Source of the DNA: Bacteriovoracaceae bacterium | Lineage (GTDB): Bacteria > Bdellovibrionota > Bacteriovoracia > Bacteriovoracales > Bacteriovoracaceae | Assembly: GCA_048270185.1 (NCBI GenBank) | Contig: JBLWTJ010000002.1 | Location: 352,001 to 416,000, forward strand | Reading direction: 5' to 3' | DNA length: 64,000 bases | In this document: positions 9,057 to 18,105 of the stretch, one piece after another | How the letters are laid out: each line of letters starts with the position of its first letter | How positions within the stretch are numbered: the stretch's first letter is position 1 | The notes under the pieces: model-generated | Told to the model about the DNA's origin: nothing | The model's input: the letters and a program-made list of their open reading frames with translations, nothing else | The model's database searches: none | Translations under genes and position numbers: made by a program

Positions 9057-10184
9057 TTACTGACGATATATTTTTGGAATTCTTTCAGTTAAGTGAATAA
9101 ACACTTCGTACGGTATAGTCATTGATTCGGAGCAAATATTAGAAAAGTTTTGACCACTTTGGTCCCAGACCGTAAATTTCTCACCATTTCTAATAACTAG
9201 GTCTTGATTTTCAAAAAGAATTTGGGCCATATCCATATTGACTCGCCCTACAATCTTTCCAATCTCATTGCCGTGTTTTAGGTGAACATTCTGATAGCGA
9301 GTGGAAAAACCATCACCATATCCAAGAGCAAATATCCCTACAACACCATCTGTCGGGCATGGAGTAGCACCATAGCCAACAGGTGTTCCTCGATCAACCT
9401 TAAAGCTATCAATAAAAGTCGTTTCGAGTTTTGAAATAAGTTTTCCATTCCAACAACTAAGTGAACTTAGTTGCGGCAAAAGTGATGAAGGCCCATACAT
9501 CATAAGACCAGGCCTCACATGAGTTTCTTCAAGTCCTACCTTTTGTTCAATGGCACCAGAGTTTGCAAGGGATGACTTATCAATTAGGATTCCACTGGCC
9601 TTAATTTGTGACTTTAACTCTTTCCAATTCTCTTTTTGGGCCAAATTTCTCTTATTCTTATTCATTGAAAGACTTGAGCTCGAAAAATGCGACATCAAAT
9701 GATAAATCGAGTTTCTTCCAGACTGTTTAATTGATTTAATGACGTGATCAATGCGATCCAATCTTAAACCCAATCTATTCATTCCCGTATTAAATTTTAA
9801 ACACAGTGGAAAGTAGCGAAACTCTTCATGAGACAGAAAGTACTCAAGATTTGACTCATTTGAAATCACTGGAATAATTCGATTATTTAAATAGATATCA
9901 GTTGCCTCACGTAAATCTAAGTTTACATCAGAAAAAACATAGACTTCAAATTCACCGTTTGGAATTTCTTCACGAAGACGTAAGGCCTCACCAATACTGG
10001 CACAACCAAACTCTTTAATTCCAAGCTCGAGGTAAGCAAACTTTACGATAGGTACCATTCCATGCCCATAGGCATTGGCCTTAACCATAAAAAGTGCTTC
10101 ATTATTTGGACAAATTTCTTTTAGAAGTTGATAGTTATTTGCAAGCGTGGAAACATTTATTTCCATGCAACTTTTAATTCTCAT
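9057..10184 (-). CDS. alr: Alanine racemase
   Basis: VKANAYGHG, NTGMNRLG, VRPG, GYGDG, GRVNMD, IPYE. Confidence 0.95.
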   Translation of the reverse strand: MRIKSCMEINVSTLANNYQLLKEICPNNEALFMVKANAYGHGMVPIVKFAYLELGIKEFGCASIGEALRLREEIPNGEFEVYVFSDVNLDLREATDIYLNNRIIPVISNESNLEYFLSHEEFRYFPLCLKFNTGMNRLGLRLDRIDHVIKSIKQSGRNSIYHLMSHFSSSSLSMNKNKRNLAQKENWKELKSQIKASGILIDKSSLANSGAIEQKVGLEETHVRPGLMMYGPSSLLPQLSSLSCWNGKLISKLETTFIDSFKVDRGTPVGYGATPCPTDGVVGIFALGYGDGFSTRYQNVHLKHGNEIGKIVGRVNMDMAQILFENQDLVIRNGEKFTVWDQSGQNFSNICSESMTIPYEVFIHLTERIPKIYRQ

Positions 10185-11533
10185 ATCGTACTATCTTGAA
10201 ATAATCTCTTATCCTTCATTTTTCTAGCTGCTGATACCATTGAGTATTGAGAGTAAGGAATCTCAGATACGTTTAACGACATCGATAAAAGAAGACTCTT
10301 ATCTTTTCCGCTAAAATATTTTGCAAGACGAACGTTCTTACATAGATCTTGTGTAGCTGCATAACTTTCATCGAAGAAGTCATTCTCCACATCTAAGACA
10401 ATTGATTCAAAAGAGATATTATAAATATTGTTAATACTAGTAATTTGAGAAAGGTAGACTTTCATATCTTTCCAGAAAGTTTCCCAATCAAACTCGAAAT
10501 CGGCACGTAATTCTAAGAGATCTGTGATCTCTGAAGTATCAACGCTAATAAGATTTCTTCCATGAGTCACTTGTGAAATATTTCCAAGTAATTCATAAGG
10601 TCCCTTTGCAGCTGCATTGGCAGAGACATGAGTTTGAGAACTTAAGTTTTGAGCATAGATACCACTTAGAAGTGATTCTATAATTTGCCAATTAAAGTTA
10701 AAAAGGTAATCACGATCAACCTCTAAAGCGATAACGGCCGTTGTATCTGTTGTATTCGCTTTTAAAGAAAGAGTGACAACAGGATTACTAACAAGGTTAG
10801 AAACGATATTCTTAACCATGTTCATGCCATTCTCATTCACACCTTTTAACTTGATATGCCCCAGCCAAATATCTGGAACCTTAATATTCTTTAGTCCATC
10901 TAAGTTCACAGGACATAGTTTATTTATCTTTGAGTTTAATTCAAAAAGTGTATAAGAATTCACAAACTCAAGTTGATCAAAGAGATTTGTCACAAGCTCA
11001 GTAAAGCTTGATTCATCTTGATTAAAATTAATAATGTCACAAACTTCAAAGAAGTCTTTTCCATAAAGAGTTTTTGTTCTTTCACTCTCCAAGCTTGCCA
11101 CAAGTGCTTCTTGCTTATGACGATACTTATCGTGGAAGCTCTCTAATTGTGTTAGTTGGAGGTTTAATGATGTACGCTGATTAAATTGTTCTAAAATATT
11201 TCTAATCTGTGCAAGCAGATCAAGCTCTGGGTAGATAACTCCTAAGCTATTAATCTTTGCAACTGATTTTAATTCATTATTATTTGAAACAATGAATGCA
11301 CGATTTGTTTTCTTTAATTCATAGCGATTAAAAAGAGGCTCGCCTTCGTAGATGGCATCCTTTGCTCGAATGATAACAAGATCATATTTTACTTGAAGAT
11401 GTGAGATTAAAAATAGGTCAACGCTATCGAATGAATCGATAACCGTATTGATATTTTTAAAAATTTTCGAGAATGCTTTACAGTCACCAATCATTGATGA
11501 AACGACAGCTACTTTTGGACTATTAATTGTCAT
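10181..11533 (-). CDS. Hypothetical protein, possibly a degenerate receiver/coiled-coil signalling protein
   Basis: 450-aa ORF with AAGGAG RBS, overlapping alr start; receiver-like alpha/beta N-terminus lacking conserved acidic residues. Confidence 0.5.
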   Translation of the reverse strand: MTINSPKVAVVSSMIGDCKAFSKIFKNINTVIDSFDSVDLFLISHLQVKYDLVIIRAKDAIYEGEPLFNRYELKKTNRAFIVSNNNELKSVAKINSLGVIYPELDLLAQIRNILEQFNQRTSLNLQLTQLESFHDKYRHKQEALVASLESERTKTLYGKDFFEVCDIINFNQDESSFTELVTNLFDQLEFVNSYTLFELNSKINKLCPVNLDGLKNIKVPDIWLGHIKLKGVNENGMNMVKNIVSNLVSNPVVTLSLKANTTDTTAVIALEVDRDYLFNFNWQIIESLLSGIYAQNLSSQTHVSANAAAKGPYELLGNISQVTHGRNLISVDTSEITDLLELRADFEFDWETFWKDMKVYLSQITSINNIYNISFESIVLDVENDFFDESYAATQDLCKNVRLAKYFSGKDKSLLLSMSLNVSEIPYSQYSMVSAARKMKDKRLFQDSTI

Positions 11534-11592
11534 GGCGCAAAAACTCCTTCTAAGGACACAACATCTGATAAAATCGTATCAAAAGAGTAAGG

Positions 11593-12099
11593 CTATAGCA
11601 ATTCTATGAGTTGCTCTATTGTATTTATTTCTTGAATTTGGGCCTGATTTAGAATTAGATCACTCTTTTCATAGGTTGGAACTCTCTTTTCATAGAGATT
11701 TCTCATGAAATCTTGTCCGTATTTGGCCAAAGGACGATTTCCATCCTTATTAATACGATCCCAACATTCTTCAAAAGAAGCTTCAAGATAAACTAATTTG
11801 CAATCAATTGACGAAACGAACTCTCGAAAATCATCTTCATCCAAGGCCCCGGCCCCAAGAGTTATAAGATAATTATCCTTCATGTTCTGATGTAAGAGCT
11901 TGGCCATATCCAGCTCATCTTTTCTAAATTCCTCAATGCCAATTTCTTGAATATATTCGCTTAGGCTGTCATAACCAGTGCCCATGCGGTTGAAGATCTC
12001 TTCATCGAGGTCAAATACCTGAAATTTATCGTGCTTAGATAACTTCTCACCAAATGTTGTTTTACCGGCTCCTGAAAAGCCTGTTAGAAAGATTCTCAT
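11593..12099 (-). CDS. aroK: Shikimate kinase
   Basis: IFLTGFSGAGKTT, DLD, FR..E, RPL, R...Y; start trimmed to MRIFLTG. Confidence 0.9.
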   Translation of the reverse strand: MRIFLTGFSGAGKTTFGEKLSKHDKFQVFDLDEEIFNRMGTGYDSLSEYIQEIGIEEFRKDELDMAKLLHQNMKDNYLITLGAGALDEDDFREFVSSIDCKLVYLEASFEECWDRINKDGNRPLAKYGQDFMRNLYEKRVPTYEKSDLILNQAQIQEINTIEQLIELL

Positions 12100-12198
12100 A
12101 AGGAAAAAGTACATGATAACGCTCATAATGTCTTAATTTTCTTGCATTTTGGCCAGTCGCAATATAAACATGGTCATTCAAGAAAATAAGTAGGTAAA

Positions 12199-12765
12199 AT
12201 GCAAATAGTTAATAAAGACAATTCATTCTTAAAAGAGCCAACGATTCTCATTTCGCGAGTCGGTGATGACTTTGAAACTTATGAACTAACAGATAAAGAT
12301 AATGACTGGGTTAAGGCCATTTTCGACAATATCACAAAAGACTTTGAGCCAGAGGTAAAACCTGAAGGATTTGAAGGACTTAGCATTGAATTACAACTTA
12401 AGAATGCTAGAGATTTTACTTTTGGTGAGCACCTTATCCTAAAAGGCAAGGCCCGCGGATCATACACGGCAACTTGTGTAAGATGCCTAATTGATACACC
12501 TCAAGAATTTGAAACTGAATTTACATGTGCCTATGTAAATAAGAGATATGAAGACGATCCAGAATACGAAGAAATTGATGAGATCTACATTTCTGACGAA
12601 ATGGCCGACATGTTCTTCCACGAAAGAGGAAAAGCTGACCTTAAAGAAGCTGTAGCTGAGAACTGCTTTATCGCAATTAATCACTACCCTCTTCATGACG
12701 CAGATTGCAAAGGTCTATGTCAAACATGTGGCGTTGACCTAAACTCGGATAGTTGTGGCCACTAG
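12199..12765 (+). CDS. yceD: YceD/DUF177 family protein
   Basis: C.RCL and CKGLC..CG.DLN...C motifs; upstream of rpmF. Confidence 0.9.
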   Translation: MQIVNKDNSFLKEPTILISRVGDDFETYELTDKDNDWVKAIFDNITKDFEPEVKPEGFEGLSIELQLKNARDFTFGEHLILKGKARGSYTATCVRCLIDTPQEFETEFTCAYVNKRYEDDPEYEEIDEIYISDEMADMFFHERGKADLKEAVAENCFIAINHYPLHDADCKGLCQTCGVDLNSDSCGH

Positions 12766-12887
12766 AGAAATCTTAGTGTAGAATCTTGGCTTATTTAAGC
12801 TTGTAATAGTGACGTGAGTGAGGTATTAACATAGGCTCATTCGTGAAATAAAAATTAATATAGAAGTTGAATATAACGGAGTAGAAA

Positions 12888-13097
12888 ATGGCAGTACCTA
12901 AGAAGAAGACAAGTGTTTCAAGAAAAGGCCTAAGAAGAGCAGGTCAAACACATAAGCTTTACGCGAATAATGTAGTTGTAGCTGATTCAACAACTGGTGA
13001 ATTAACTAAGAAAGGATGTATCTCTCCATCTGGTTACTGGAAAGGTAAGAAAGTTTTCGCTACAAAAGCGGACAGAGAAGAAACTACAGAAGAATAA
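12888..13097 (+). CDS. rpmF: 50S ribosomal protein L32 (no CxxC Zn ribbon)
   Basis: MAVPKKKTS.SR...RR and GYWKGKKV. Confidence 0.95.
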   Translation: MAVPKKKTSVSRKGLRRAGQTHKLYANNVVVADSTTGELTKKGCISPSGYWKGKKVFATKADREETTEE

Positions 13098-13123
13098 TCT
13101 TTAAAATTATTTTTTAAGATATT

Positions 13124-13152
13124 AAAAGGCCCACTCACTGAGTGGGCTTTTT
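13124..13152 (+). terminator. Intrinsic terminator after rpmF
   Basis: GCCCACTC-act-GAGTGGGC followed by T-tract. Confidence 0.85.
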
Positions 13153-13254
13153 GCGTTTAACTTAGTTTTAAACTCAATTGATAATAATCAGTTTGACCCA
13201 TCAAACTCTTTTCTAGTATAAACAAAGCACATATTTAAAGAGAGAGAGACGATC

Positions 13255-14568
13255 GTGGGAAAAATTCTAATTTTAATTTTATTCACTCAATTATCCTTTG
13301 CACTATCACCTCTTGATGAGGCCCTTGCAAAATTAATTCAAAAGCATCAATTAACATCATTACCTGAGTCTGAGCTTCAAAATCAAAATGAAGTTATTCT
13401 TGGCTCAAGGCTTTTTGCAGAAGTTCGCTTAAGTGGCGACCAAGATATTACCTGTATGCATTGCCACCACCCTAGACTTGGAACAAGTGACAATATCCCT
13501 TTTTCCATTGGAACTGGAGGTAAGGGACTAGGCTCTGCTCGAGTACAAGACGGCAAAGGAAAAATTATTAAGCGCCACTCTCCGGCACTTATTAACCTAG
13601 GCTATAGCGATATTAAAGATATGTTCTGGGATGGACGAGTTCATGTGGACTGGGATAAAGACGAGTTTAAAACGCCAAGTGCAGAATTAAATGCTAATAA
13701 GGAAGTTAATCGAAAAATTAGAAGCGCCCTTGCTGCACAGGTTATCTTCCCTCTCCTATCTCCAGAAGAAATGCTAGGAACAGATAATGAGATTGCAAAG
13801 CTTTCAAGCGATTTTGCCAAATGGAATGCTCTTATTGATCGACTTTTAAATGGTTCAAAAAATGCCATGTATCAAAACTTATTCAAAAGGGCCTATCCTA
13901 AAGACTTTGCAGCAGGAAAAATCGATATCTCTCACGTGGCCAATGCACTCGCTGCTTTTATTACAAGAAACTTCAACCTTGTTGATACACCATATGATGC
14001 TTACTTAAATGGAGACTTAAGTGCTCTTAATGAAGTTGAAAAAAGAGGACTTAAAGTCTTCCTCGATAAAGGTGCATGTATCAATTGTCACAGTGGCCGT
14101 CATCTTACTAACTGGGATTATAAATCAATCGGACTACCACAAATTGGCCCAATTAGCGCACAAGCTACACTTAATGATAAAGGACGTTTTGAAGTAACAG
14201 GAATGAAAGCAGATCAGTACAACTTTAGAACACCTCCTCTGCGCAATATTGAACTAACCGCTCCTTATATGCACAATGGAGTTTATAAGACCTTAGAAGA
14301 AGTTGTGGATCACTACAACCACACTCGTCCAGCGATTAGAAACTTCATTGTGACAGAAGATATTCAAGGACTTTACGAAGAAAAAATTATTAAGGATGAA
14401 ACTTTTATTAACAATAAATTGCGATATCAGTTAATAAGTGATGACGATATCAGAAGACCTCTAAATCTTACAGATGATGAGAAAGCTGATCTTGTCCAAT
14501 TTTTAAAGTCTGGACTCTCAGATCGTCGCCTACAAAGGCTTGAAGAGCTTCCAACAATAATTGAATGA
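13255..14568 (+). CDS. Di-heme cytochrome c peroxidase / MauG family, exported
   Basis: Signal peptide; LG..LF...RLS; CMHCH and CINCH; FWDGR; FRTPPLRN...TAPYMHNG. Confidence 0.9.
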   Translation: MGKILILILFTQLSFALSPLDEALAKLIQKHQLTSLPESELQNQNEVILGSRLFAEVRLSGDQDITCMHCHHPRLGTSDNIPFSIGTGGKGLGSARVQDGKGKIIKRHSPALINLGYSDIKDMFWDGRVHVDWDKDEFKTPSAELNANKEVNRKIRSALAAQVIFPLLSPEEMLGTDNEIAKLSSDFAKWNALIDRLLNGSKNAMYQNLFKRAYPKDFAAGKIDISHVANALAAFITRNFNLVDTPYDAYLNGDLSALNEVEKRGLKVFLDKGACINCHSGRHLTNWDYKSIGLPQIGPISAQATLNDKGRFEVTGMKADQYNFRTPPLRNIELTAPYMHNGVYKTLEEVVDHYNHTRPAIRNFIVTEDIQGLYEEKIIKDETFINNKLRYQLISDDDIRRPLNLTDDEKADLVQFLKSGLSDRRLQRLEELPTIIE

Positions 14569-14572
14569 ACAC

Positions 14573-14597
14573 AGGGCCACATTTGTGGCCTTTTTTT
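14573..14597 (+). terminator. Intrinsic terminator
   Basis: GGCCACA-tt-TGTGGCC followed by T7. Confidence 0.8.
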
Positions 14598-14711
14598 GTA
14601 AGACTTACCCAGATACACAACGTGTCAAAGTATAACGCTCCAGACCTTACTCATCGTTGCTATACTGCCTAAAATAACCGCAAATTTTTTATAATACTTA
14701 GGAATGATTAA

Positions 14712-15710
14712 ATGGATATTAAAGTAAAAATTAAAGGAACAGGAATCTACGCTCCAAAAGAAGTTCGCACAAATGTCGATCTTGAAAGCATGGTTGAAAC
14801 TAGTGATGAATGGATTTACGAGAGAACGGGAATTCGTCAACGTCATATCTGTTCAACAGAAGGTGGTGAATGGCCAAGTGATATGGCCTATCATGCAACA
14901 GTTGATGCACTAAAAGCCGCAAACCTTGAACCAAATGATATCGATATGATTATCTTTGCTTCAGTAACTCCTGATTACAAACTTCCAAACACAGCATGTA
15001 TTCTGCAACAAAAACTTGGAATAACAAATAAGTGTGCGGCCATTGATATTGCGGCAGCTTGTTCTGGATTTGTTTACGGACTAAATATGGTTACTGGATT
15101 GATTAAAATAGGAGCGATTAAAAACGCTCTTGTTGTTGGCTCAGAAATGTTATCAAGAGAAGTAAACTGGGAAGACCGAAACACTTGTATTCTCTTTGGA
15201 GATGGTTGTGGTGTCGCTATCGTTGGAGCTAATGAAGATGGAGATGATTCAGATATCCTATCTCTAGAATTAGGAGCTGATGGTGCCGGTAAAGAATTCT
15301 TTGACCAACCAGTTGGTGGAGCCGTTGACCCAATTACACCAGAGCATATAAAAGAGAGAACTCACTATATGCAAATGAAAGGAAAAGAGATGTTTCGTGT
15401 TGCCACGAGAACTCTTGCCGAAAATGCAAAAATTGTTTTAGAAAAAGCAGGTAAAGAGCTAGAAGAAGTTGATTGGTTAATTCCTCACCAAGCAAATGTG
15501 AGAATTATTGAAACAACAGGAAAGCTTCTAGGAATCAATCCTGAAAAAGTAATTATTAACATTGATAAGTATGCCAACACTTCTGCTGCAACAGTTCCAA
15601 TCGCAATGCACGAAGCGATTACTGACGGAAGAATTAAGAGAGGACAACTAATCCTTCTTGATGCTTTTGGAGCTGGTCTAACAAGTGGTGCGACCCTACT
15701 CAGATACTAA
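14712..15710 (+). CDS. fabH: 3-oxoacyl-ACP synthase III
   Basis: AACSGF, HQAN, NTSAA, FGAGLT. Confidence 0.97.
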   Translation: MDIKVKIKGTGIYAPKEVRTNVDLESMVETSDEWIYERTGIRQRHICSTEGGEWPSDMAYHATVDALKAANLEPNDIDMIIFASVTPDYKLPNTACILQQKLGITNKCAAIDIAAACSGFVYGLNMVTGLIKIGAIKNALVVGSEMLSREVNWEDRNTCILFGDGCGVAIVGANEDGDDSDILSLELGADGAGKEFFDQPVGGAVDPITPEHIKERTHYMQMKGKEMFRVATRTLAENAKIVLEKAGKELEEVDWLIPHQANVRIIETTGKLLGINPEKVIINIDKYANTSAATVPIAMHEAITDGRIKRGQLILLDAFGAGLTSGATLLRY

Positions 15711-15736
15711 ATTACAAAGTTACTAAGGTTTAAATT

Positions 15737-16693
15737 ATGAAAAAAGTTGTTTTAATTTTCCCTGGCCAGGGATCACAATACGTAGGAATGGGAAAGAGCC
15801 TTGAAGGTCATTCTTCATTTCAATTACTAGAAAAAGCAAATGAAGCTCTTGGGTATAATCTTTCAACAATTATGCTGGAAGGTCCTGAGCAAGACCTAAC
15901 TCTAACTCAAAATACTCAACCAGCAATTTTAACTTACTCAATAGGCCTATTTCAAAAAGCAAAAGAAGTTCTTGATGAAGCAGGCGTTGAAATATCATGT
16001 GTACTTGGGCACTCTGTTGGAGAATACCCTGCTCTAGTTGCAGCAGGAGCTTTAAGCTTTGAAGATGCTCTTCGCAGTGTTCACAACCGCGGAAAATATA
16101 TGCAAGAAGCTGTTCCAGCAGGAATGGGTAAGATGTATGCAGTCATGAGAGTTCCTGAAGAAATTGTTATCAAAGCATGTAAAGAAGTTTCAATCGAAGG
16201 TAACGAAGTAATGCCAGCAAACTTTAATGAGCCAGGTCAGATCGTCATCTCAGGTCATGCCGATGCTTGTGACAAGGCCGTTGCCTGGATTTCTGAAAAC
16301 TTCTCTGAACCACATAAAACAGTTGAGCTAAAAGTTAGTGCTCCATTCCACTCAAGCCTTATGAAACCGGCAAGAGAGAATATGGCAGCATTTTTTAATG
16401 ACGTAACTTTCAATAAAACGACAATTCCTTATATTGCCAATATTGACGCCAAAAAGTATCAAATTGGTACAGACGGTGAAACGGTAAAAGAGAATTTAAT
16501 CAAACAAATTGATGGTTCTGTTTTATGGACACAGAGTTTCTCATCACTTGATGATGATACTCTTTGTATTGAAGTTGGTCCGGGTCGAGTTCTCATGGGA
16601 CTTGCTCGAAAAATTAACCGTAATATTAAAGTAATTTCACTTGATAAAGATGGTGCCCTAGAAGAGCTTAGAGAAGTACTTAAAGAAGCATAA
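15737..16693 (+). CDS. fabD: Malonyl-CoA-ACP transacylase
   Basis: FPGQGSQ, GHSVGE, APFHS. Confidence 0.97.
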   Translation: MKKVVLIFPGQGSQYVGMGKSLEGHSSFQLLEKANEALGYNLSTIMLEGPEQDLTLTQNTQPAILTYSIGLFQKAKEVLDEAGVEISCVLGHSVGEYPALVAAGALSFEDALRSVHNRGKYMQEAVPAGMGKMYAVMRVPEEIVIKACKEVSIEGNEVMPANFNEPGQIVISGHADACDKAVAWISENFSEPHKTVELKVSAPFHSSLMKPARENMAAFFNDVTFNKTTIPYIANIDAKKYQIGTDGETVKENLIKQIDGSVLWTQSFSSLDDDTLCIEVGPGRVLMGLARKINRNIKVISLDKDGALEELREVLKEA

Positions 16694-16716
16694 TCTTAAT
16701 CAAAGAGGATAAAAAT

Positions 16717-17481
16717 ATGATTGCAACTTATAATGACTTAAAAGCTAAAAGAGTTCTCGTTACAGGTGCAAGCCGTGGAATTGGACTAGAGATTGCAAAA
16801 TCACTTGCCGCCCAAGGAGCACACGTTATCTTCAATTACCGAGAAGGCAAAGAAGACCTTGCAAAAGAAGTTGAAGCCCAGCTAAAAGAGCTTGGTGCAA
16901 CAGATGTTACAGGACTGATGTTTGATCTCAACAATGAAGAGCAAATGAAGACAGCCGTAAACGACTTTGTAAAAGAGTATGGTCCAGTAGAAGGACTCGT
17001 TAATAATGCTGGTGTTTCAAAAGACACACTACTTCTTAGAACAAGAAAAGCCGATCTTGATGCCGTTATTGATACAAACCTTAAGGGTGCTATCATGCTA
17101 ACAAGTATTTGTTCACGTGGCTTCCTTAAAGCTGAAAATGTATCAATTGTTAATATGAGCTCAGTTGTAGGACTTATGGGAAATGTTTCTCAAACAGCAT
17201 ATGCAGCTTCAAAAGCAGGACTAATTGGTGCGACAAAATCAATTGCGAAAGAATTAGCTAGCCGCAACATTCGTTGTAATGCAATTTGTCCAGGATTTAT
17301 CCAAACGGATATGACTGATGCCCTTGAAGAAAAGGCGAAAGAGGCATATATAGCTTCAATCCCAACTTCACGCTTTGGGTCAACAGAAGATGTATCGAAC
17401 CTTGTTTGCTTCTTACTTAGCCAAGCGTCAGGCTATATTACTGGAGAAGTTATTAAAATTGACGGTGGACTTTATATCTAG
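16717..17481 (+). CDS. fabG: 3-oxoacyl-ACP reductase
   Basis: TGASRGIG, NNAG, YAASK; fab operon context. Confidence 0.95.
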   Translation: MIATYNDLKAKRVLVTGASRGIGLEIAKSLAAQGAHVIFNYREGKEDLAKEVEAQLKELGATDVTGLMFDLNNEEQMKTAVNDFVKEYGPVEGLVNNAGVSKDTLLLRTRKADLDAVIDTNLKGAIMLTSICSRGFLKAENVSIVNMSSVVGLMGNVSQTAYAASKAGLIGATKSIAKELASRNIRCNAICPGFIQTDMTDALEEKAKEAYIASIPTSRFGSTEDVSNLVCFLLSQASGYITGEVIKIDGGLYI

Positions 17482-17564
17482 AAAAATATTAATATACTGA
17501 AATCAAAAAATTAATAGAGAGAGAAATTGAGTTTATAACTTAATATATTTATTAGGAGACAAAT

Positions 17565-17789
17565 ATGGAACAAAAAGTAATTCAATTAGTAGCGGATCAA
17601 ACAAAAATCGATATCGCAAAAATCAACGCTTCAACTTCATTCGTAGATGATCTAAACCTAGATTCACTAGATATCGTTGAACTAATGATGAAAATGGAAG
17701 ATGAATTTGATATTCAAATTCCAGAAGAAGATGCAGAAGGACTTAAGTCTGTATCTGATGTTGTTAAGTACCTAGAGTCTAAGCAATAA
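17565..17789 (+). CDS. acpP: Acyl carrier protein
   Basis: DDL.LDSLD.VEL.M. Confidence 0.97.
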   Translation: MEQKVIQLVADQTKIDIAKINASTSFVDDLNLDSLDIVELMMKMEDEFDIQIPEEDAEGLKSVSDVVKYLESKQ

Positions 17790-17808
17790 TCTAATTTAAT
17801 TTTTAGAT

Positions 17809-17843
17809 AAAAAAAGAGCCTGCAAAATTGCAGGCTTTTTTTT
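17809..17843. terminator. Bidirectional intrinsic terminator after acpP
   Basis: A-tract, AGCCTGCAA-aa-TTGCAGGCT, T-tract. Confidence 0.85.
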
Positions 17844-18105
17844 ACTTATTTTTACAACTTATTATTTCAAAATTCTTATAATTATATTTCACTTCAACTT
17901 TTGATTTATTCTTAATTCCTTTTTGAATACAAGGAAGTATTTTTCGACTCCCCTTATAAAGCGGAGCTGATTCATTAAAGTGTATGATGACATTTTCTTT
18001 GTCGACGTTTAATCGATTTATGGTAAATTCAGACGTCGCCACAGGCTCTTTTGCGAGAGTACATAAAGATAAGAGCACAAGGATACATATTTTTAAAGCT
18101 CTCAT
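17842..18105 (-). CDS. Small secreted protein, candidate protein-glutaminase inhibitor (pro-domain-like)
   Basis: Signal peptide; 4-nt ATGA overlap with upstream enzyme; F.ESAPLY...Q..IKN...V......EI pattern. Confidence 0.6.
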   Translation of the reverse strand: MRALKICILVLLSLCTLAKEPVATSEFTINRLNVDKENVIIHFNESAPLYKGSRKILPCIQKGIKNKSKVEVKYNYKNFEIISCKNK

